Made by a program: the position numbers and the translations under genes
From: Ignavibacteria bacterium
Lineage (GTDB): Bacteria > Bacteroidota > Ignavibacteria > Kapaibacteriales > UBA2268
Direction of reading: 5' to 3'
NCBI GenBank assembly: GCA_016844745.1
Contig: JAERMQ010000005.1
Coordinates: 47,964-111,963 of the forward strand
DNA length: 64,000 nucleotides
Part shown: positions 45,108 through 54,600 of the stretch, one piece after another
Layout: each line of letters begins with the position of its first letter
Position numbering within the stretch: position 1 is the stretch's first letter
The notes under the pieces: generated by a model
What the model was told of the DNA's origin: nothing
Database searches by the model: none
What the model saw: only the letters and a program-made list of their open reading frames with translations

Positions 45108-47861
45108 TTACGCCACCAATTCTACATTCATTTCTTCAATTAAATTATCCAAATCATTACCGAACAGCTTCCAGACCTTCATTAGCCCTCCATGCTCTGC
45201 AAAAGGGGTATTGTCGAAATCACTTTTTTCAATATTTACCGAAGAAATGATATGGTCTTTTATCATTCTCAGCCATTCAGTTTGTTCTTCGGTAAACTGC
45301 ATATTCCCTGCATTCTTCCTGAATATCCAATCCTTAAAATTCCTGTTGACAATATCATTGTAAGGATAAAGCTCAGTATCAAAGCCCAGTTCGAACCTTA
45401 GAATGGAAATAATATCAGTCAAAGTTCTTTTTATACTTTTTCCCTTAACAATCGCTCCATTAAGATGCTCATAAGCAAACCAGAGCTTATCTATAGTCAA
45501 GAGCAGTGGTGGTCGTTGAATTGCTTCATACAATTCTTTAATCATTTTGAATGTAAGTTCTCTTCTTCTATACGGCTGGTCATAAAAGATTCTTAGAGCT
45601 ATCATTTCATCTTTATTCTCAGCTATAAACTTTTTGAATGATTCAATTGTCTGTTGAGCTTTATCTTTTGCTTGCTCATCGTATCCGGCAAATATAAGTT
45701 TATCGATGTTCTGATTGTCAATTATCTGTTCATGGGTTTGTCTGCATGTTTCGAAATAATCTCTAAGCTCCGGTTTATTGAACGGCATGCAAGCTGTTTT
45801 TATCAAATCCCTCTTAGCAATTTCTATCTGTTCATGGTTTGATTCCTTGTTTTCAGTTATTTTGAAGAGTTCTTTAGCTTTTTCAAATTGTTTATCCGGG
45901 TCATAAGAATTGAGCAAGTCATGAATTATTTGGTTCATTTTTTTACCATCAGCTAATTCATTGATTTTACTTCTTTCTTCATCAGTTATTTGCCTGTCTA
46001 TGCGTGTAAGACGATTAGCAAGCGATGTAATAGTATCCTCATCATGCTGCCCGAGTGCAACTCCTATAAGCAATTCTTTCAAAGGAACAGATTTCTTTCT
46101 TTCGAGCGGTCTTGAATCAGTCTTGATAGATTTACAAACTCCAACTGCATCTACAATAACAAAATGCGTTTTATTGGTTGTAGCCGATGGTGTAACTGTT
46201 TTCAATGAATCCATATCCAGAGTCCTGGTTCCGCGTCCCTTCATTTGTTCAAAGTAGTTCTTGCTTTTCACATCCCTCATGAATAGTAAACATTCAATAG
46301 GTTTTACATCAGTCCCGGTAGCTATCATGTCCACTGTAACAGCAATACGGGGATAGTACGAATTACGAAATGATTGAAGTATGGAACTTGGATTTTCTGC
46401 ATTGTAAGTTATCTTTTTGCAGAATTTATTTTCTTCGCCAAACTCTTCTAAAACGATACTGATAATATCATCAGCATGGCTATCGGTTTTAGCAAATATC
46501 AAAGTTTTCGGGACTTCTTTTCTGTTCGGGAAAATTTCAGTTTGCAGAGATTCTTTGAATGTTCTGATAACTTTTCTAATTTGGCTTTTATTAACAATGT
46601 CCCTATCTAATTGAGTTGGTTTGTATTCAATATCCTCATCAAGCTGTGTCCAGCGTTTCTTCCGGTCCAACTTACTCCTGGTTTCTACATAATCTTTCAG
46701 GATTTTACCACCTTTAGTTGTTATTTCCGTTTCGATTGTATAAACATCATAACCTACATTCACACCGTCTGCTACTGCTGATTCATGTGAATATTCACTA
46801 ACGATGTTTTCATTGAAAAAGGCATAAGTCCTTGCATCAGGAGTAGCTGTTAAACCAATTAAAAAGCTGTCAAAATAATCCAGTACCTGCTTCCAGAGAT
46901 TGTATATTGAACGGTGACATTCATCAACTATAATAAAATCAAAGAATTCAATTGGTATTATTTGGTTATAATATACCTCTTTTGGCTTTTCATCTTTCAA
47001 GTGCAATTCATTTAATGAGGTTTGCTCTGCACTTTCGTCGAGTTCTTCATTTGAAAGTATTGAATACATTCTTTGAATTGTAGAAATACAAACCTGGCTG
47101 TTCTTATCAATGAAATTGGAATTTAATCTTTGTACATTATAAAGCTCAGTAAATTTTCTATTATCGTCCGGAGGAGTAAAAGCCTGAAACTCCTGTTGAG
47201 CCTGCTCACCAAGATTCCTTGTGTCAACCAAGAAAAGGATTCTTTTGGCTCCGGCAAACTTCAATAAACGATAGATTGACGTTATAGCTGTAAAAGTTTT
47301 CCCGCTACCTGTAGCCATTTGAATAAGCGCTTTGGGTTTAGCATCTGAAAAAGATTTATCAAGTTTATTAATAGCATTAAACTGGCAATCACGTAAGTTA
47401 TTTAATTCAAGAGTAGGAATATGCTGTAATCTATATCTTAAAGAATTGGCATTTTTTAACCATTCTTTCAAAGTTTCCGGTTTATGAAATGAAAAGATTT
47501 CTCTTGAACGTGGCTTTGGGTCTCTGTAATCAGCAAAGTGGATTTCAATTCCGGTAGATTCGTAAACAAAAGGAAGTGGTTCACTATTAATAAACCATTT
47601 GATTTTATCAGTAGCATATCTGAAAGACTGGTCATGGACTGTTGTAAGTATTGTTCCCTCTGGTTTGGCTTCAATTACTCCAATTGGCTTTCCTTCGATA
47701 AATAGCATGTAATCTGCTTCTCCGGAATCAGTCGGAAATTCCCGAACTGCAATACCAGGACCTACAGATAAATTAACCTGCTTATAATCTTGAATAATCC
47801 AACAACATTGAGTTAGTTGGATATCAATATTCTGTCTCGCTTCTTGTTCCGGATTTTGCAC
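45108..47861 (-). CDS. hsdR: Type I restriction endonuclease subunit HsdR (SF2 helicase, EcoEI_R_C-like C-terminus)
   Basis: HSDR_N-like nuclease start (ADYMLFIEGKPIGVIEAK), Walker A MATGSGKT, DEAD-box VDECHRS and motif VI QMKGRGTR. Confidence 0.93.
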   Translation of the reverse strand: MQNPEQEARQNIDIQLTQCCWIIQDYKQVNLSVGPGIAVREFPTDSGEADYMLFIEGKPIGVIEAKPEGTILTTVHDQSFRYATDKIKWFINSEPLPFVYESTGIEIHFADYRDPKPRSREIFSFHKPETLKEWLKNANSLRYRLQHIPTLELNNLRDCQFNAINKLDKSFSDAKPKALIQMATGSGKTFTAITSIYRLLKFAGAKRILFLVDTRNLGEQAQQEFQAFTPPDDNRKFTELYNVQRLNSNFIDKNSQVCISTIQRMYSILSNEELDESAEQTSLNELHLKDEKPKEVYYNQIIPIEFFDFIIVDECHRSIYNLWKQVLDYFDSFLIGLTATPDARTYAFFNENIVSEYSHESAVADGVNVGYDVYTIETEITTKGGKILKDYVETRSKLDRKKRWTQLDEDIEYKPTQLDRDIVNKSQIRKVIRTFKESLQTEIFPNRKEVPKTLIFAKTDSHADDIISIVLEEFGEENKFCKKITYNAENPSSILQSFRNSYYPRIAVTVDMIATGTDVKPIECLLFMRDVKSKNYFEQMKGRGTRTLDMDSLKTVTPSATTNKTHFVIVDAVGVCKSIKTDSRPLERKKSVPLKELLIGVALGQHDEDTITSLANRLTRIDRQITDEERSKINELADGKKMNQIIHDLLNSYDPDKQFEKAKELFKITENKESNHEQIEIAKRDLIKTACMPFNKPELRDYFETCRQTHEQIIDNQNIDKLIFAGYDEQAKDKAQQTIESFKKFIAENKDEMIALRIFYDQPYRRRELTFKMIKELYEAIQRPPLLLTIDKLWFAYEHLNGAIVKGKSIKRTLTDIISILRFELGFDTELYPYNDIVNRNFKDWIFRKNAGNMQFTEEQTEWLRMIKDHIISSVNIEKSDFDNTPFAEHGGLMKVWKLFGNDLDNLIEEMNVELVA

Positions 47862-48023
47862 TAATACTATATTCGTTTATATTTTTTAAATACAATATTT
47901 ACTAAATAACCTTAGAATTTTTGTGCTAAAATATTTGTTAAATTCAAAAACCTAAATTAATAAATAATCTCTATCATTATTTGGATTTTGAATGAATTTA
48001 TAAATTATTAATTAAATCTAAAA

Positions 48024-48293
48024 TTATTTATTGAACATAAATTTTGTAAGAGAGTCATTATTTCTTTGGGTTGGAACATTATTAATCCGATTTGTAATAT
48101 TAACCCTATTTTTTATATTAATTTTAAAAAGCTCTGATAATGCTAAAACTATATCATCTTGATTACCTATAACAGCTTTACTTTCTTTTAAAGCCTTACA
48201 TAATTCAAGAAAGTCATTTTGAGAATAATCGTCATTCCATTTGATTTTATAAGTCTTTTTAGCTATCGAAGAGCTTTGCAGGCTATCAGCCAA
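48024..48293 (-). CDS. Hypothetical ORF. The frame is open upstream to 48386 without an ATG, so it is possibly the distal part of the decayed gene 48383..48865.
   Basis: TTG start in the track. The upstream in-frame sequence is VNYWNTNEIKKLEEILQKLLDETVPPKKENQL. Confidence 0.35.
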   Translation of the reverse strand: MADSLQSSSIAKKTYKIKWNDDYSQNDFLELCKALKESKAVIGNQDDIVLALSELFKINIKNRVNITNRINNVPTQRNNDSLTKFMFNK

Positions 48294-48382
48294 TTGATTT
48301 TCTTTTTTTGGAGGAACAGTTTCATCAAGGAGTTTTTGAAGAATTTCTTCTAATTTTTTAATCTCGTTTGTATTCCAGTAAT

Positions 48383-48865
48383 TTACTCAACTATTTTATT
48401 CTTTATTTTATCTCTATAGTTATGACAAGTTATTTTCTTGTAACGAATAATTGGATACTCTAATAACAAATCAATAAATTCAATCTTGAGTCTTGGTTTA
48501 TCAATAATATCAATTATTTCAAGAAATTGAACAAATGAAATCAAATTATGAGTTAAATTAAAACCTGTCTTATTGTTGATTCTTTCTAACTCAAATCAGT
48601 CTGCTATACCATTTTCAAGTAGAAATTTCAAAATATAAGATAAAGTAGATTCTTGGTTAACCAATTGAAAACCATTTTGACGATAAACCCAATCGCAAGA
48701 TTTAACAAACCCTACTAAATAACTAATTATGTGTTGTAACTGATTAAATCTATCCTTATCGTTAATAGTTTGACGCAAACTAATTTCTTTAAGAATGGCA
48801 TCAATTTTTTTTACAGGATTATTATACCCAAATTCTTGATAATCATCATCATAATAAAAATCCAT
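48383..48865 (-). pseudogene. Hypothetical gene with in-frame TGA
   Basis: MDFYYDDDYQEF...LLENGIAD*FELERINNKTGFNLTHNLISFVQFLEIIDIIDKPRLKIEF...KNKIVE. The stop at 48596-48598 is in frame. The total is 161 codons. Confidence 0.5.
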
Positions 48866-48916
48866 ATTCGTTGCCGATTTAATAAAAAAAAATTTCTAAT
48901 TCGAACTAATAATTCT

Positions 48917-49168
48917 TTAAACCTTTGCCAATTTCAGTTCCGGCTCTTTTCGCCAAACCTTATTCATTTCAACAAATTTGATATTGCTCGTAATTTTTAT
49001 ATACTTCTTGAATGTTTTATAATCGGAATGCCCGGTGATTTCCATTACAGTTTCCGGACGTAATCCTCGTTCAAGAGATAAAGTAACAAAGGTCCTGCGG
49101 GCAGTTTGAGTAGTGATAAGTTCTATCATGCTTTCATTGCCAATTTTAACTCCGGCTCCATACGCCAA
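48917..49168 (-). pseudogene. Relic of a second tyrosine integrase (C-terminal ~68 codons only)
   Basis: ELITTQTARRTFVTLSLERGLRPETVMEITGHSDYKTFKKYIKI... parallels the C-terminus of the adjacent integrase (HTARRTFVTLSLEKGMRPETVMAITGHKDYKTFDKYVKI). Confidence 0.8.
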
Positions 49169-50361
49169 GTCCTATTCATCTCAACTTTCTTTACCTTGCT
49201 CGAAATTTTTACATATTTGTCGAATGTCTTATAATCCTTATGCCCAGTAATCGCCATAACCGTTTCAGGACGCATACCTTTCTCTAAAGATAATGTAACG
49301 AAAGTTCGTCTGGCTGTGTGGGTGCTGATTAGTTCATACTTGAAAAAAATCTCTTCAATTTTTTCAGCGCCACGGTACTTTGTAATTTTTCTTTTATCAT
49401 TGATTCTTGCAATTTGGCATAAGTTTTTAAGATGTTCATTCGTTTTCTGGTTCGAAATAACCGGTAAAGGCTCATCATTACTCAAATACTTATTTATAAT
49501 TGCTTCGGAAAAGGCATTTAGTGGAATTTCAAGAGGGTCTTTAGTTTTAGCTGTTCGTAAATACCACTGCCCATCTCTTATATCATCTCTTTTTAATTTA
49601 GAAATATCTGAAAACCTTTGACCAGTGAAGCATCCAAAACAAAATACATCCCTAACCCTCTCCAATGCTTTATTCGCGGATAAATCAAGATTATAAAGCC
49701 TCATCAGCTCAAATTCAGTCAAATAAATTATTTCTGTTTTTACTTCCTTTGATTTGAATTTCTTATAATCGAGGTTGGCATTGGCTTTCCGCTCAGTTGC
49801 CTAATTCATAAAAATTCTTAATAATCCTATCAGCTTATGGACAGTATTATTAGTATGCTGCTTATCGTCCAGCAGATAATTTTTAAATTGGTCAAAAAAC
49901 ATCATATCCATATTATTGAATGACAAGTGATAATTCCTCGATTTATTGAAATTCTCTATATGAGTTTTAAGTTGTTTGAACTTTTGTATGCTTGCTTTAC
50001 TCAAATCAGTTTGCCTGACCTTTAGAAACAGGTCATATACTTCAAAGAAACTCAATATTTTTTTTTCTTCCACTTTTTTAAAATGGGAATAAATAATTTT
50101 TTTAAATTCCTCAATGCTGGCAAAAGGGTTATCGTTTAATAAATTTCTGTGAATCTTTAGAATTTCATTTTTTATTGTAGTAAGCCGCTCTTCCAACTCA
50201 ATACAACCGGCATAAGTGGATTGAGCTTTCTGAAGTTTTACGTTCCATTTTGAAGGGTCGAGTTTTTCTCCAGTATTAAGAACAATTGTAGTATCGGTTT
50301 TAGCAGCGCATCTTATGTAAGCATAAATAGTTTTTTCTTTTTGCTTACTTTTTTTTATCAA
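49126..50361 (-). pseudogene. Tyrosine recombinase/integrase (Bacteroidetes type) interrupted by one in-frame TAG
   Basis: Track ORFs 49801..50361 (N-terminal arm/SAM-like part) and 49126..49722 (catalytic part with R...HxxR...Y) are in the same frame. They are joined by 26 sense codons, and the only stop is at 49801-49803 (...LLRIFMN*ATERKANANL...). Confidence 0.85.
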
Positions 50362-50561
50362 GATAAAATCTTATTCTCATTACGATACTTTTAATATAAT
50401 CGATAATACTCAAAATTAATATTTTACTTACAAATATCATACAAAATTAGTTTATTTATCTTATTTTTTATTAATTTAAATTAAACCGAAGGCAAAGAAA
50501 AAAAAAAGTATTTGTAAGTAAGTCAAAAACTTAAGTAAATTTAAATTAAGGAGTTATAAGT

Positions 50562-50633
50562 GGGTTCAAGAGCCTCATCCTCCGCCAATACTAATCATAA
50601 GCCCTTGCAGGATAAAAACTTACAAGGGCTAAA
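50562..50633 (+). repeat. Right direct repeat (attR): partial tRNA-Ser 3' end plus terminator hairpin copy
   Basis: tgggttcaagagcctcatcctccgccaatactaatcataagcccttgcaggataaaaacttacaagggctaaa. See the attL feature. Confidence 0.9.
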
Positions 50634-50670
50634 ATTTTCTTGTTAAGTCAGAAAATTATTATAATATCAA

Positions 50671-51486
50671 ATGAAAAGAAATGAATTAAATGATTCTCCA
50701 ATTGAAGGGAAAACATATTCTTTATTTGGGAATTCAAGTTCTACAAATGAATATTACATCAAAATAAAAGAATTAACCGATACAATTATAGAAGAAGAAC
50801 CTAACATAAATTCTGCTCTTAAAACATTACAGCAATATTCAAATAAAAAGCGATTCTTACGAAAAATCATCATCAATCCAATAAAAGATAAATTAATTTC
50901 CGACTGGCTCAATTTGATTAATACTGAATTAATGCCTTATACACAGAAAGTCAAAGAGCATTTAAGAAATTTATCTTTTACAAAATTTCGTGATAAAAGA
51001 CTTCGTATAACACGTGAACAGTATCATCTATACATGCTCGAAATAGAACTGACCAATAGATTATTTGTGAATGATTTTAGAAACTCAGCTTTCAAAATTG
51101 CACTTCTGCCTTATTGTTTGCAGGACTTTTCAATGGAATGTAAATCTGAAAAAAATGATTTTGATTACCAATGCAAGCACTGTTCTTTAAGTTGCTATCA
51201 AAACCATGCAAGTATAATCCTGAAAAAAAATCAAATTGAGCCTTACATTTGGATGGATAGCGATATAAAAAAATTGGCTATGAATACAATGAAAAAAGGG
51301 CAGAGTTTTGGAATACTTGGCATAGCCTGTATTCCATTATTAGTTTGGGGAATGAGAAAATACCGAAAAAAAAATATTCCTGTCGTTGGTATTCCGTTAA
51401 ATGCGAATCGGTGCAAACGCTGGTTTGGTGAATTCCTGCCAAATTCAATTAATTTGGATGAATTGGAAAAATTAGTTTCTTATTAA
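50671..51486 (+). CDS. DUF116-family Cys-rich protein
   Basis: LLPYCLQDFSMECKS...CKHCSLSC...ILGIACIPLLVWG pattern. Confidence 0.7.
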   Translation: MKRNELNDSPIEGKTYSLFGNSSSTNEYYIKIKELTDTIIEEEPNINSALKTLQQYSNKKRFLRKIIINPIKDKLISDWLNLINTELMPYTQKVKEHLRNLSFTKFRDKRLRITREQYHLYMLEIELTNRLFVNDFRNSAFKIALLPYCLQDFSMECKSEKNDFDYQCKHCSLSCYQNHASIILKKNQIEPYIWMDSDIKKLAMNTMKKGQSFGILGIACIPLLVWGMRKYRKKNIPVVGIPLNANRCKRWFGEFLPNSINLDELEKLVSY

Positions 51487-51655
51487 ATATTAAGTCCAAT
51501 CCAAAAAAAATAAAAACTGAATTCCAAAGTACAACTTTGGAATTAGTAAGCCCTTGATATATCTCATTCCAAAATTCCGATTTTGGAATGTAATTTTCAC
51601 TAATAATACTTTTTGGAGAGGACTTAATATTTTTGACCTTATTATTTTATTCGAA

Positions 51656-54600
51656 CTACTTTTTTCCAATCCATTTATCAATTAAAGCCAGAAACGTATC
51701 TGTTATTATAGGCTTTGTTACAAAATCGCAACAGCCTGCTTCATTACTAAATTTCCGTTCATAGTAATTTGAATAAGCAGTTTGTGCAATTACCTTGGCG
51801 TTTGGATTGAGAATTAAAATTTCTTTGGTAACTTCATATCCGTTAATATCGGCTAATTCTATATCCATCAAGACCAAATCAATATTCCCGATACTTTTAA
51901 ATATTTCAATAGCCTCTTGTCCCTTTTGTGAAAAGTATAATTTGGCTTGAGTAAACTCTAACAGTTTCGATATCAATTCCAAATTATATTCATCATCATC
52001 TACAATTAAAATTGAACGACCAGACCAATCATAATTGCTTTCGACCGAATTCTGATAATCCGGTTCATCAATTAAAGCAGGACGATATGGAATTGTGAAG
52101 TAAAATGTAGTACCCCTGCCAACTTCGGATTCGCACCAAATACTTCCCTTCATTAGTTCCACTAATCCCTGTGAAATTGATAGTCCTAATCCCGAACCTC
52201 CGAATTTCCTGCTTGTAAATTTATCTTCTGCCTGTCTGAATCTTTCAAAAATAATTTTCTGCTTATCTTTTGGGATGCCTATCCCGGTATCCTGGACATA
52301 AAATTTCAACAGGTCATTTTCTAAAGAACATCCGTACTCAACTTGCCCATTTTCAGTAAATTTAATTGCATTGCCGATTAGATTGACTAAAATTTGCTGT
52401 AACCTTGCAAAGTCTGCAATAATACCACAGTCTTTACCTAATTGTTTACCAAAAATCAAAGAAACGGATTGATTTCTAATTAATTCATCCTGTGAAGAGA
52501 ATGTATATTGTATATCATATAACAATTTATTAATGTCTACCATAGTCTCGTTAAGTTCCAATTGATTTGCTTCAATTTTAGAAATATCCAAAATATCGTC
52601 GATTATATTGAGTAAATCCATACCCCGTTTATTGATATAGCTGATATATTTCTTTTTTTCTGTTATATCCAAGAAGTCATCTGTCAGCAATTTGGAAAAT
52701 CCAAGAATGGCATTCATCGGCGTCCTGATTTCATGCGACATATTGGCAAGGAAAGCAGATTTCAGATGGTCACTTTGTTCGGCTTGTTCTTTTGTTTTTA
52801 TTAGTTCCAATTCTTCATTTTTTCTTTCGGTAATATCCAAATCTATGCCGTCAAAAAGTATTACTCCTCCATTGATTACTCTAGGCTTTGCAATATGTCT
52901 ATGCCAGCGGATTTCTCCGGATTGTTTGCGAATCCTAACTGTATGGTCATAAATACACCCATCCCGGACAGCTTGTTCGGCTGCTTTTTGCCAACCGCCC
53001 CTATCTTCTTCGACAACCATATTGAGAAGAAGATTTGAATCTGATAAGGCTTCTTCGACGGAAATGCCATAAGATTCTTTAACTCCTGCGCTAAGATATG
53101 TAAAGCGGGATGTGCCGTCGGATTCCATTCTCATTTGGTAAATTTGTGCACCAGGCAGATTATCCCCGATAATACGGAACCGCGTTTCACTCTCTCGCAG
53201 TGCTTCTTCAACTCGTTTACGTACCGTGTCATCCCTGAAAACACCGAAAGTCCCAATATGATTACCTTGTTTGTCATATTGCGGAGTTGCCGTCACAAGC
53301 AACGTTCGACGTTCTCCATTTTTAAGGATATCTAATTCATAAGTAGAAACTAATCCCGATTTCCTCAATTGTGTTTCCTTTATTACAATCACATTGTGTT
53401 CGGGTATGATAAATTCTTTCAAATTTCTGTTAACTAATGTATGCGGTTCAACGCCAAATATTCTTTCACCTGCCGGATTTGCAAAAGTGAAATTTTCTTC
53501 AAGGTCAACAATTCCAATCCCTTCCCCTTGACTATTTACAAGCAAACGATATTTTTCTTCGCTTTCAATAAGTGCTTCTTCGGCTAATTTGCGGTCGGTG
53601 ATATCATGCAAACTACCGACAATCAGGTAAGGTTCATTAAAATCATCTTTAATCAAACTGTAATTACCATGCAACCAGATATATTTACCATTCTTATGTT
53701 TCAATCGAAAGTCCCGTTCTATATAATTTTCACCCGAACCATCCGCTTCGATTAAATCATTACTGAAATTAATTAAGTTCGGCAAATCACCGGGATGTAC
53801 ATTGGATATTTGTGCATCGATATCCATTTTCATCAATTCATCCTGGGAATATCCAAGGATAGAAAAAATTTTTGGACTTACATATTCAAATTTTCCGGTG
53901 AGCAAGTTTTGGCGATAGAATATATCATTTGACCTTTCAATTATTTGCCGGAATCGCTCTTCGCTTTTTATAAGGGCTTCTTCTGCCATTTTTCTTTCAG
54001 TTATGTCAGTCATCATAGCAAAAGAACCATCGAACTTCCCATCTGAATTATAGATTGGAGTTGCAGATAGAATTACCCATAAATCACTTCCATCTTTACG
54101 GATTAATCTGATTTCATAAAAAGAAGAGATACCTTTTTTTCTATCTTGTATTTGTTGACTTGCTTCCATAATATTTTCCGGATGAGTAAGGTCATCTAAT
54201 AAGTGAAGCCCTAACATTTCCTTTGGATTATAAGCAAGCATTTCCGCAAGCCGTTCATTTACGTTTTTAATCCTGAAATTCGAATCAAGTTCACAGAATC
54301 CTTCCCTTGTTGTCTTAATAAATTGCCTTATTTTTACATCTGCCTGTTGTAAAGCCCTATAGATATTTCTTTGTTTACCCCTGTAAACATAAGCAAAACC
54401 TAAACTCGTAACCAGAATTAAGATTAAAATAAATACAAAAATAAGTGCATTATGGAAGAGAATTTCCGAAAAAATCTCGTTTTCGTCAACTTTTGAAATC
54501 ATTACCCAATCAGTTCCGGCTATTGGCAGGGCATCGGCAATGACATTTACACCTCTGTAATCGCTGCCATGAATTATTCCAACAGTTCCTAATGCTGCCT

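Larger units (their letters stand above)
32986..50572. mobile_element. tRNA-Ser-integrated genomic island (~17.6 kb), apparently immobilised. It carries decayed phage/integrase genes plus a Type I R-M locus with inserted cassettes.
   Basis: Bounded by the direct repeats at 32958..33031 and 50562..50633. A tyrosine integrase (interrupted) lies next to the right repeat. Flanking genes are housekeeping. Confidence 0.85.

Noticed and set aside
44769-45363. Track ORFs 44769..44954(+), 45100..45363(+) and 45192..45401(+).
   Set aside because: They are antisense to the hsdR 3' end or its relic. The shared peptide ATNSTFISSIKLS..LPNSFQTFISPPCSA simply reflects the duplicated DNA.
33486-49803. Stop-codon reassignment (TGA or TAG read as sense) as the explanation for in-frame stops in island genes.
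   Set aside because: Well-supported core genes in the same window terminate with TGA (sufS 16732-16734, WD40 22268-22270), TAG (22993-22995, yfhO 63885-63887) and TAA. All three are genuine stops in this genome, so nonsense mutations are the simpler reading.
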